From positions 1 through 45,783 of the forward strand of contig JAJRTR010000093.1 of NCBI GenBank assembly GCA_024278215.1: DNA of 45,783 nt, written 5' to 3'. The notes beneath the pieces were generated by a model that saw only the letters and a program-made list of their open reading frames with translations, was not told the DNA's origin and did not search any database. How positions within the stretch are numbered: position 1 is the stretch's first letter; each line of letters starts with the position of its first letter. Positions 1-8,637 of this stretch are shown here, piece by piece. The position numbers and the translations under genes were made by a program. The stretch is from a bacterium. GTDB lineage: Bacteria > UBP15 > UBA6099 > JAJRTR01.

Positions 1-124
1 AGGCGCAGGTGTGAAATCCTCGCAGGCGTACTTGTAGAGTACGTCGAGGACGATTTCGCGCCGACAACGCAGCTATGGACAATAGCAGCCGACCGCAGCA
101 GAATCATAATTTTGCAATTGGCTC
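1..124 (+). mobile_element. MITE-like palindromic element, copy 1 (5' end cut off by window start)
   Basis: Near-identical to 2155-2332; ends in TIR AATTTTGCAATTGGCTC at 108-124; right flank GCAC. Confidence 0.9.
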
Positions 125-147
125 GCACAAAAGAAAGAATTTCATCA

Positions 148-227
148 TCGTTCCCAAGGTAAACCTTGGGAACGAGTAACATGGGAACGAGCAAATATCA
201 TAAACGGCACAGGCGAGACGCCTGTGC
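148..227. repeat. Two REP-like palindromes downstream of the oxidoreductase
   Basis: TCGTTCCCAAGGT-AA-ACCTTGGGAACGA (148-175, 13-bp stem; partial repeat TGGGAACGAG at 182-191) and GCACAGGCG-AGA-CGCCTGTGC (207-227). Confidence 0.6.
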
Positions 228-284
228 TGCTTTATATCATAGTGTCTCGCCTGTCGTACAAGCCTTATGTAACCGATATTTGTT

Positions 285-1979
285 TCAGCCGAGTTTTTCC
301 AGCACGTGCATACCGCCTTCGACAAAAACGGATTCGCGCCCAGCCATTGCAAGCGCACGCTGGACCTCATAGGATCGCGTACCCGTCGCGCAGAACACAA
401 GGACATCCCTGTCTTTCGGCACCCTGTCTATCTCATCCCTGAATCGCTCGATAGGAATATTCAGGACACGCGAATTTCCCTTGTCGACGGGGCTTCTCTC
501 GATTTCCGATTCCGCGCGCACGTCGAGAATACAGAAATCTTTGTCGCTTTCCAGCTTCTTTTTAAAGTCCATAATGGACATGGAAACAGCTATGCCGTCG
601 AGTTTGTTCTGCAATGAATTCGCCGCGTGAATGAGAAGGTCCATTGCGCTTGCGAAGGGGGGCGCGTAGCCCATGTCGAGGTTGCCGACCTGCGCGGCGG
701 TGGCTTTGAATGTGATCATGGCCGCGACAGCGTCCAACCTGCGCGGCACGTTGCCCGCACCGATCATCTGAGCGCCCAGAATACGTCCGTCCGCCGCGTC
801 GGCTATCAGTTTGATAATCATGTCTTTTCCGCCGGGGTAGAAATGGCTGACATCATGGCCTGACAGAAGGAAAGTTTCGATTTTATAGCCGTTTTTTTCC
901 GCAATAGCGCTGGATAGGCCTGTGCGGACGACATTCAGCCCGACGGTTTTCATGAAACCCGTGCCGAGCACGCCGGGGAAAGTCGCGTCACCGCCGGTGA
1001 TATTCGTGCCGATGACCCTGCCGTGTTTGTTCGCGGTGGAGCCGAGCGGGATGTAGGATTTGCCGCCGGTGACAAGGTCGTCGTTCAGGATGCAGTCGCC
1101 GCCTGCGTAGATGTCCGGATCGCTTGTCCGCAGCCTGTCGTCGACGGCGATTGTGCCACGGTCGGTTATATCGAGTCCGGCCTCGCGTGCGATCTCGACA
1201 TTGGGTTTCACACCGACCGCCACAACCACGAAGTCCGCTTTATATTCGCCTTTGCTTGTTATCACCTTGCAAACATTGCCGTTGTCGTCGCCGACGAGTT
1301 TTTCGACGCGCTCGCCTGTGCGGACATCAGCGCCGTGTTTTCTCAGCTGCACTGTGAGAATCCCGGCGATGTCGCTGTCTACCACGTTGGGCAGCACCTG
1401 GTCCATGAGTTCGATAATCGTCGAGTCGACAGCCTGTGCCATCAGCGCGTCGACGACCTCGAGCGCGATGCGTCCGCCGCCCACTATCACGGCATTCTCG
1501 GCGTCCACTTCCTCTATGCAGTTGAGAATTCCCACCGCGTCGTCCGGCCTGCGAAGCTGGAACACATTTTTGAGGTCCATGCCTTCAATCGGCGGCGCCA
1601 CCGGGTTGGCTCCCGAAGCGATCACGAGTTTATCGTAAGGAAAATCCGTCGTTTCTCCAGTGTCCAGGTTCTTCGCTGTTACGGTTTTATTCTCTCTGTC
1701 GATCTTCAGCGCCTCAGTTCTCAGAAGAAGGTTGATCCCTTTTGTGTTTTTGAAAAATTCGGCATCCCTGATCGCACCCCACGGCATAGTCAACAGAGTG
1801 TCGACCGAAGGCACTGCGCCCGCGATAAGAAACGGCAGCCCGCAGCCCGCGTAAGATGCGTAATTACCGCGTTCGAGTATCGTTATCTCGGCCTCGCTGT
1901 CCAGCCTGCGCGCTCGCGCGGCGGCTTTCGCGCCACATGCCACACCGCCTATAATCACAATTTTCTTGCTGTTTCCCAT
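285..1979 (-). CDS. FAD-dependent CoA-disulfide/persulfide reductase-like oxidoreductase with C-terminal rhodanese domain
   Basis: IIGGVACG FAD motif, SYAGCGLP redox Cys, VIVGGG second Rossmann motif, TSDPDIYAGGD, GYAPPF, rhodanese FCATGTRS. Confidence 0.9.
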   Translation of the reverse strand: MGNSKKIVIIGGVACGAKAAARARRLDSEAEITILERGNYASYAGCGLPFLIAGAVPSVDTLLTMPWGAIRDAEFFKNTKGINLLLRTEALKIDRENKTVTAKNLDTGETTDFPYDKLVIASGANPVAPPIEGMDLKNVFQLRRPDDAVGILNCIEEVDAENAVIVGGGRIALEVVDALMAQAVDSTIIELMDQVLPNVVDSDIAGILTVQLRKHGADVRTGERVEKLVGDDNGNVCKVITSKGEYKADFVVVAVGVKPNVEIAREAGLDITDRGTIAVDDRLRTSDPDIYAGGDCILNDDLVTGGKSYIPLGSTANKHGRVIGTNITGGDATFPGVLGTGFMKTVGLNVVRTGLSSAIAEKNGYKIETFLLSGHDVSHFYPGGKDMIIKLIADAADGRILGAQMIGAGNVPRRLDAVAAMITFKATAAQVGNLDMGYAPPFASAMDLLIHAANSLQNKLDGIAVSMSIMDFKKKLESDKDFCILDVRAESEIERSPVDKGNSRVLNIPIERFRDEIDRVPKDRDVLVFCATGTRSYEVQRALAMAGRESVFVEGGMHVLEKLG

Positions 1980-2154
1980 GTTTCCCTGCTCCTTTCGCTA
2001 TTATGCTCCAAAACGTCGTAACTCTACTTAACATATTATGTTTTCATATTCTATAACACCAGCCGGCGTTTTTTAAGTATCGCTCTATTGCGCCGATTGC
2101 AGAATTATTCGGAAGTTGGGAATAATGCCGCGAAAACGATTGATACTATAGATA

Positions 2155-2332
2155 GAGCCAATTGCAAAATTATGTTCGTAGCGAGGTCGAGCGAAATTGT
2201 TCAGAGCAAGGCGGAGGTGTAAAATCCTCGCAGACGTACTTGTAGAGTACGTCGAGGACGATTTTATGCCGACAACGCAGCTATGGACAATAGCAGCCGA
2301 CCGCAGCAGAATCAGAATGTTACAATTGGCTT
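2155..2332 (+). mobile_element. MITE-like palindromic element, copy 2 (178 bp)
   Basis: Left TIR GAGCCAATTGCAAAATT, degenerate right TIR AATGTTACAATTGGCTT; 4-bp TSD GATA at 2151-2154 and 2333-2336. Confidence 0.92.
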
Positions 2333-2436
2333 GATAGACAGGATGATAAACGCCGGGTGCCGGGACATATATTGAAACGGGCAACCTGCCTGTGTTATCA
2401 TGAAATCATTCCACATTCCGAACGGGGATTCCGTCA

Positions 2437-2979
2437 ATGGCAGAATACAAACTGGGTTACATCGACATCTACAAATCGGGCCGGAGCGATTACATGGGCG
2501 GTGTGCTGATCGTCAACAGGCTCGGCATACCCGTCGAGTTCAGGCACACGGAAGCCGTGTCGCCGACAAGGGTGCAGAAAGTCCTCTACGGCCAGGCGCT
2601 CGAGAAGTTTCTCAAATGCGAAACGCTGGCCAAATGCCTGCTGGGCGACCTGAAGGCGAAACCCGACCTGCTTGTGGTGCCCGACGCGGAGTACTACCCC
2701 CTGACGCGCATGTTCAATTTCCCTTTCGCGCAGCTCGGTAAAGCCAACAGGGAACCCATGCAGAAGCACGGCGATTATGTGGAAGTGCAGGACAATGAAA
2801 TACATTTGCAGGTACTCTCGCTGCGAACACCCATCAGAGTGCGTGTCGACCGCAAGAACGCACCGACACTTCAGGCGATAAAGAGTATACTGGTGGATGT
2901 GGGCCGCACGATGGATGTGCTCGAACCCATGACGAGGGTGCAGGAAGCGCTCAAGGCGCTCGTTACGGAGACCGGCTGA
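2437..2979 (+). CDS. Conserved hypothetical protein
   Basis: 180-aa ORF with typical codon usage; motif GGVLIVNRLGIPVEF...VLYG; stop overlaps next start (TGATG). Confidence 0.8.
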   Translation: MAEYKLGYIDIYKSGRSDYMGGVLIVNRLGIPVEFRHTEAVSPTRVQKVLYGQALEKFLKCETLAKCLLGDLKAKPDLLVVPDAEYYPLTRMFNFPFAQLGKANREPMQKHGDYVEVQDNEIHLQVLSLRTPIRVRVDRKNAPTLQAIKSILVDVGRTMDVLEPMTRVQEALKALVTETG

Positions 2980-3659
2980 TGGCACGCCTGCCACGCACTT
3001 TTCTCTTCAAACTCGACGTCCCGGTGAAATCGTTCTGCCCGGATACGGTGCTGGCCGTATCCGCGCAGAACGACGTCGCCCGCCTCGAAATCGAAACACG
3101 ATCGAACGACTATAAGCTGAAACCCGACAGGGTCGCGACGACCGGCCTGACGATGTCCGGCAAAGTAAAAATCGACTCGGTGCCGCTGCTCCGGGGCGAG
3201 CAGTTGAATGTGTCGAGCACTGCCGTGGAATTCAACAAAGTGGACATGCTGGAAACGTCGACTGCGCTCGAAGTCAGACTGCCGCCATCGCCTCGCGTAC
3301 ACAGGATCGAGTGCCGCCCGCCCGACAAAGTCGAGACCTCGATAAGCCTTATCGTCAACCACATGCCCATCACACTCCATGCGCTGGACACCAGCCACGT
3401 ACCGTATCCGCAGATTACCGAATTCATCATTAAACTGGCGGAAAACGCCGGAACATCATACACTAAGATAAAATTTATCGGTGCTTTCGACCCGGTGCCG
3501 GTACACCTTGCGAAAGACCTGAAGCTGGACACTGATCGCAGGATACTAAAATTTCATATAAGAGAGGAGCCGAACAGGGAACGCCGGTTCGTACGTATGG
3601 TATATGGGCGAATCAGGCTGACCGGCGAGATTATTTCCGCTGTTTTTCCTGTAATGTGA
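2979..3659 (+). CDS. Hypothetical protein
   Basis: 226-aa ORF translationally coupled to both neighbours. Confidence 0.7.
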   Translation: MARLPRTFLFKLDVPVKSFCPDTVLAVSAQNDVARLEIETRSNDYKLKPDRVATTGLTMSGKVKIDSVPLLRGEQLNVSSTAVEFNKVDMLETSTALEVRLPPSPRVHRIECRPPDKVETSISLIVNHMPITLHALDTSHVPYPQITEFIIKLAENAGTSYTKIKFIGAFDPVPVHLAKDLKLDTDRRILKFHIREEPNRERRFVRMVYGRIRLTGEIISAVFPVM

Positions 3660-3660
3660 T

Positions 3661-4197
3661 ATGGGGTTTCTCGTAGCTGTACTCTTAATAATAACATTTC
3701 TTTTCCTCGCTCTGATGGTCAAGCTCATGGTAACGCCGACCGGAGAAAAGACATCGAAGGAAGAAAAAGAAGACTTCCCCATCGAGACGATGCTCGACGC
3801 GCGGCAACGCAACGGTTTCCCTGAAAATAAGCCTGTGCAGGACGATCAGATAGAGGAAGTCGCCGAGCGGATGCTCGGCAGGATCGACCGGCGGATAAGC
3901 ATCCTGCGCGACCTGATCGAAAAGGCCGACCAGCGCATCGAAACAATGCAGAATCCCGGCTATGTACTCCCGGCGGAATTCCCCGGCAGTGGTGAAAAAT
4001 CACTTTCGGACAGGCGTCGAGGTGCCGCAGGCACGCGCAGGAACGCCGATGGAAACAAAAGTTTCGGCCACGACAGGCGCACACGCATCGTCAGCCTCCA
4101 TCGCAGGGGCATCCCGACAGACAAGATCGCAAGGGAAGTAAAGATGGGACAGGGCGAAGTCGAACTAATCCTCAAGGTCGAAGGCTACGATACCTGA
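3661..4197 (+). CDS. Membrane-anchored coiled-coil protein with C-terminal HTH-like motif (DUF6115-like)
   Basis: N-terminal TM helix, coiled coil, C-terminal IAREVKMGQGEVELIL. Confidence 0.7.
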   Translation: MGFLVAVLLIITFLFLALMVKLMVTPTGEKTSKEEKEDFPIETMLDARQRNGFPENKPVQDDQIEEVAERMLGRIDRRISILRDLIEKADQRIETMQNPGYVLPAEFPGSGEKSLSDRRRGAAGTRRNADGNKSFGHDRRTRIVSLHRRGIPTDKIAREVKMGQGEVELILKVEGYDT

Positions 4198-4242
4198 CCA
4201 GTCGCTTTTCAGCAATGGCCTTGCGCACAATGTAATGTCGTT

Positions 4243-5067
4243 ATGACTCGAAAAAAAGAAAAACCCATTATCTTTATTTCCGATTTGCACGCCGACAGGT
4301 GGGACCGCGAGAAGCGCGAATCATTCTTCGAGGTTATTGATTTCGTCGAAGAATCCGCAGCCGAACTTTACATACTCGGCGACATCTTCGACTTTCCCGC
4401 GCTCAAAGGCGAGTCGATCTGGCCGAAACACAGCGACCTGATTCTAAAACTCAGGGCGCTGCCCGACAGGGGCGTCCCACTTGTCTACCTGATCGGCAAC
4501 CACGATATTTCACTCCGTGGCATCGAACTCGACGAAGACGGATTCGTCATGACCTACTGCGACCGCAAACGCCCGCTCGAGCGCGTACTCCGCGGGAAAA
4601 AAGTATACATGGAACACGGCCACTACTACGATCCCCTGTTCCGGGATCACATCTACGACGCTATTGATTTTCTGCGTGAGGTCAGCGGGCAGCCGGTGGA
4701 CCGTAAGGCCGTGGACTTTCTGCGCGACATCGTGCGCATCTTCCAGCGGAAGCCGAAGTCCACAGTTGCCGATAAGGGAATAGATGCAGAACAGAAAAAC
4801 GAGGTCGGTGTGCCTTCAAAATTCCTGAAAATATGGGAGCAGGCCGCCGAGCAGATACTGAAACGGACTCGCTGCGACATCGTACTGTTCGGCCACACAC
4901 ATGCTCCCGCCATCACCAGTATGGAGGGCCTTCAGCAATGGTATGTAAACACGGGCGACTGGGTCGATCATTCCACATACGTCGAACTCACTTCCGGCGG
5001 TATCGTCCTGAAAGACCGTATCGCCGGGGAAACATTGCAGGAAGCCGTTTTTGCAGGAAGTGCCTGA
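4243..5067 (+). CDS. Calcineurin-like metallophosphoesterase, UDP-2,3-diacylglucosamine hydrolase (LpxH)-like
   Basis: SDLH, LGDIFD, GNHD, EHGH, GHTH and NTGDW motifs. Confidence 0.85.
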   Translation: MTRKKEKPIIFISDLHADRWDREKRESFFEVIDFVEESAAELYILGDIFDFPALKGESIWPKHSDLILKLRALPDRGVPLVYLIGNHDISLRGIELDEDGFVMTYCDRKRPLERVLRGKKVYMEHGHYYDPLFRDHIYDAIDFLREVSGQPVDRKAVDFLRDIVRIFQRKPKSTVADKGIDAEQKNEVGVPSKFLKIWEQAAEQILKRTRCDIVLFGHTHAPAITSMEGLQQWYVNTGDWVDHSTYVELTSGGIVLKDRIAGETLQEAVFAGSA

Positions 5068-5134
5068 CAGAGACATTTTGAACCGCATGGATAAGTTATG
5101 TGGGTTATCATTATAAATATCATCAAAACAAGTC

Positions 5135-5181
5135 TTGACACATTTTAATATGTACAGTAATATTGTCTGTAGAATATTACT
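5135..5181 (+). promoter_or_regulatory. Sigma70-type promoter with overlapping inverted repeat
   Basis: TTGACA(5135)-N17-TAATAT(5158); AGTAATATT-N8-AATATTACT at 5156-5181. Confidence 0.6.
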
Positions 5182-5241
5182 ATTACTAATTGTATTAAAA
5201 AGTATTTTTGGTACCGGCTAACAAACATCAGGAGGATGGTC

Positions 5242-5436
5242 ATGTCGTCAATAGGAGCTATTTCGGCTGGAACAACGTCAGGGATGACCGGCGGTGGCCC
5301 CGGCGGGGCAAAATCTGTTATCGAGGCAACACTTGCCGAGATCGAAAAGCAGAAAGCAATTCTCGCAAGGCCTCTGAATATGCCCGATATGAGATACCTG
5401 TACCGTATAGGCACTACCATAGATTTCAGCATATGA
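5242..5436 (+). CDS. Small protein, weakly YjfB/putative motility protein-like
   Basis: AGGAGG at 5230-5235, 6 nt before ATG 5242; C-terminal GTTIDFSI resembles the GxxID ending of YjfB-like proteins. Confidence 0.6.
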   Translation: MSSIGAISAGTTSGMTGGGPGGAKSVIEATLAEIEKQKAILARPLNMPDMRYLYRIGTTIDFSI

Positions 5437-5568
5437 ACAAACAACTCTGGATGTGTTTTTTTCGTATATCTGCATTGTGGAGCCGGTTGCAAACTCTGTT
5501 CTACCGCGGTCGGTATCGTGTCCCCATAAATTCCACTATTGTCACGTCATGCTTGTAATGTCGCAAGG

Positions 5569-5660
5569 AGGGCGGAGTCACCGTACCCCGCCTGAACATA
5601 TTTCTCGCGAAAACGGTTTGTACAAGCACAAGTTGAGGCGGGGTACGGTGACCCCGCCCT
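5569..5660. repeat. Inverted REP doublet (REPIN-like)
   Basis: 25-bp arms 5569-5593 and 5636-5660 are reverse complements with 1 mismatch; each arm is itself a hairpin (GGCGGGGT-ACGGTG-ACCCCGCC). Confidence 0.75.
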
Positions 5661-5767
5661 TTTATAGTTTTTACGCTACCCCATCTTATATCTTTTCTTT
5701 GTTGACATGGCACTACCTTTAATAAAACGCACAGGTTAAGTAAGTAAAACGGATTTTTACGCAGTCC

Positions 5768-8242
5768 CTATTTAGCAACGATATTGACGAGTTTGCCGGG
5801 CACGACGATTATTTTTTTTATGTCTTTGCCCTCGAGATGCTTCTTCACATTTTTCTGTTCGAGCCCAAGTTTTTCGAGTTCGTCTTTCGGTGTGTCCACC
5901 GAGACACTGCATTTCGCACGCACTTTTCCGTTCACCTGGATAACGACTTCAATAGTATCTTTAATAGTAAGTGTTTTGTCGTATTCGGGCCATTCCTGCT
6001 CGAAGATCGAGTTCCTGTGGCCTGTTTCGCGCCAGAGTTCCTCCGCGAAATGAGGGGCCATCGGGCTGATAAGTATAAGGAATTCCCCGATAGTCTGTTT
6101 TGATATCGCCGCGTCGCTTTTGCCCGGTTCGGTTACCGCGTTGATGAATTCCATGAAAGCGCTGATTATTGTGTTGAATTTGAAGCCCTCGAGCCGCTCG
6201 GTGCAGTTTTTAATGAGGATGTGACGCTCCTGAAGTATCTCCCGCGCGTCTTCGGCACCGGCACGCTCGATATTGTCGAGCACCCACTTCCAAGCTCTTT
6301 TTAGGAACCTGTAGATACCCTCGATGCTCTGATCACTCCATGCGGCGTCCTGCTCGGGCGGACCGGCAAAGAGTTCGCCCATTCGCACGGTATCTGTTCC
6401 ATACTGGTTTACAAGCGCGTCCGGGCTGACAACGTTGCCCTTGGATTTCGACATTTTTTCGCCCTGTCCGGTAGCTTCGTCGATCACGTAGATCATGCCC
6501 TGGTTGAAGAGGCGGGTGAACGGTTCGTCGAATTTAATAACATCGAGATCGCACAGAACCTTTGTAAAGAATCGTGCATAAAGGAGGTGCAGGATGGCGT
6601 GTTCGATGCCGCCGACATAGAGGTCGACAGGCAGATATTTCGCTGCGAGGTCAGGGTCGACGACACCTTCGCAGTACCGGGGCGACGCATAGCGTAGAAA
6701 ATACCACGATGAACCTGCCCACTGCGGCATGGTGTCTGTCTCGCGCCTCGCGGGGCCGCCGCACTCGGGGCATTCGGTGTTGACCCATTCGCTGATCGCC
6801 GCAAGTGGCGATTCGCCGGTTCCGGTGGGCTCGTAGGACTCGACTTCGGGCAGCAGCACCGGCAGTTGGTCTTCCGGCACGGGAACCCGCCCGCATTTCT
6901 CGCAATGAACTATCGGGATCGGCTCGCCCCAGTATCTCTGTCTCGAATATATCCAGTCGCGCAGCTTGTAATTCACGGATTTCTTACCGAGTTTTCTGCT
7001 CTCGAGCATTCCAGTTATCTTCTGTTTTGCTTCGGCCCAGTCGAGGCCGTTATATTCGCCGGAGTTTATGAGTTTACCGGAGCCTGTGTATGCTTCGGCG
7101 AGTGTGCCGTCGTCGTTACGTATCGCATCGTCCGAGTGGATTACTTCGACGATAGGGATGCCGAATTTCGAGGCGAAAGCGAAGTCGCGCTCATCATGTG
7201 CCGGTACAGCCATTATCGCGCCTGTGCCGTAGCCCATCAGGACATAATCAGCAATCCAGATGGGGACCTTCTCGCCGTTTACGGGATTCACGGCGTAGGC
7301 GCCGGTGAAGACGCCTGTTTTTTCGCGTGTGGTGCTTGTGCGGTCGATGTCGGTCTGCCTGGCCGCCCATTCGATATATTTCCTGACATCCGCTTCCTGT
7401 TCGGGCGAGCAGATGTCGGGAACCATTTTATGTTCGGGCGAAAAGACAACGTATGTCGCGCCGAAAAGAGTGTCGGGGCGTGTGGTGTAAACAGTGAAGT
7501 CGATCCGAGCGCCGTCCCTGCCGCTGACGGCGGTGAAGACAACGTCCGCGCCTTCGCTGCGTCCGATCCAGTTGCTCTGCATGGTCTTGACCTTTTCCGG
7601 CCAGTTGAGTTTTTCCAGATCATAAAGCAGCCTGTCGGCATATTCAGTAATTTTGAGCATCCACTGGTTGAGATTTTTCTTGTGTACTTCGTTGCCGCAA
7701 CGTTCGCAGACGCCGCCGACGACCTCTTCATTCGCAAGTCCGGTCTTGCAGGACGGACACCAGTTTATGGGCATATCAAGTTTGTAGGCCAGCCCCATTT
7801 TGAACATTTTCACAAAGGTCCATTGCGTCCAGCGGTAGTATTCGGGATCTGTGGTGCTGAACTCGCGGCTCCAGTCGTACATAGCGCCTATTTCCTTGAG
7901 CTGGCGGCGGATATTGTCGATGTTTTCCTGCGTGTTGATGCGTGGGTGTATCTTCTTTTTAATGGCGTCGTTTTCGGCGGGCAGGCCGAAGGCGTCCCAG
8001 CCCATGGGGTGCAGCACATTGTAGCCCCGGAGCGTCTTATAGCGGCACCAGACATCGGAAAGCACATAGCCGCGCCAGTGTCCGACATGCAGGCCCGAAC
8101 CGGACGGATAAGGGAACATATCGAGGCAGTAGTATTTCGGGCGCGGGTCGTCGTCGCGGCAGGTGTGCAGACCGCTCTTTTCCCAGTATTCACGCCACTT
8201 AGCCTCGAATTTCTTGAAATCGTACTTTCTCGTTTCGCTCAT
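5768..8242 (-). CDS. leuS: Leucine--tRNA ligase
   Basis: MFPYPSGSGLHVGH (HIGH), KMSKS, SRQRYWGEPIP, editing-domain TTRPDT and GTGAIMAVPAHD; start placed at MSETRKY. Confidence 0.98.
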   Translation of the reverse strand: MSETRKYDFKKFEAKWREYWEKSGLHTCRDDDPRPKYYCLDMFPYPSGSGLHVGHWRGYVLSDVWCRYKTLRGYNVLHPMGWDAFGLPAENDAIKKKIHPRINTQENIDNIRRQLKEIGAMYDWSREFSTTDPEYYRWTQWTFVKMFKMGLAYKLDMPINWCPSCKTGLANEEVVGGVCERCGNEVHKKNLNQWMLKITEYADRLLYDLEKLNWPEKVKTMQSNWIGRSEGADVVFTAVSGRDGARIDFTVYTTRPDTLFGATYVVFSPEHKMVPDICSPEQEADVRKYIEWAARQTDIDRTSTTREKTGVFTGAYAVNPVNGEKVPIWIADYVLMGYGTGAIMAVPAHDERDFAFASKFGIPIVEVIHSDDAIRNDDGTLAEAYTGSGKLINSGEYNGLDWAEAKQKITGMLESRKLGKKSVNYKLRDWIYSRQRYWGEPIPIVHCEKCGRVPVPEDQLPVLLPEVESYEPTGTGESPLAAISEWVNTECPECGGPARRETDTMPQWAGSSWYFLRYASPRYCEGVVDPDLAAKYLPVDLYVGGIEHAILHLLYARFFTKVLCDLDVIKFDEPFTRLFNQGMIYVIDEATGQGEKMSKSKGNVVSPDALVNQYGTDTVRMGELFAGPPEQDAAWSDQSIEGIYRFLKRAWKWVLDNIERAGAEDAREILQERHILIKNCTERLEGFKFNTIISAFMEFINAVTEPGKSDAAISKQTIGEFLILISPMAPHFAEELWRETGHRNSIFEQEWPEYDKTLTIKDTIEVVIQVNGKVRAKCSVSVDTPKDELEKLGLEQKNVKKHLEGKDIKKIIVVPGKLVNIVAK

Positions 8243-8387
8243 CTCGCATCGCCTTTTCCAGTAGTTTCCACACACACAACACGGGGCACGCACCCGCGTG
8301 CCCGGAAGGTTATAATTTAGCATATCGATAGTGCCATTTCAAACAAGGCGTCATTCACGTAAGTCGGGAATTCATAAGGGGGGCAAG

Positions 8388-8627
8388 TTACCGTTCCTTC
8401 TCCAATATATTTCTGTGTTTTTCGATGAATTTTTCAGTGAGTCCGTGCCTGGCGAATTCTTCTTTTTTCGCGGGTGTCTGTTTGTCGTAGAGGTCGATGG
8501 CTCTTTTCATTAGCCGGGGCGTGCCTTTGAGTATCCATGTTTTTATGCGCTCGGCAATAGCTGCGTCGTCGAATGTTCCTTCGGCGATTTGATCGTAGAG
8601 TGTTTTCTTTTTGAACCAGGGTAGCAT
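8388..8627 (-). CDS. Hypothetical protein (79 aa)
   Basis: Starts 10 nt after the upstream stop on the same strand. Confidence 0.65.
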   Translation of the reverse strand: MLPWFKKKTLYDQIAEGTFDDAAIAERIKTWILKGTPRLMKRAIDLYDKQTPAKKEEFARHGLTEKFIEKHRNILEKER

Positions 8628-8637
8628 TGCGTTGCCT

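Noticed and set aside
6866-8320. Long antisense or alternate-frame ORFs (e.g. 6866-8320, 9779-11281, 14351-15628, 18365-19885, 23943-25136, 30608-31774)
   Set aside because: They overlap well-supported genes and are typical shadow ORFs of GC-rich coding DNA
8243-8387. T-box leader and longer leuS start at 8323
   Set aside because: No T-box motif or terminator; the region holds REP-like hairpins and the extension is not LeuRS-like
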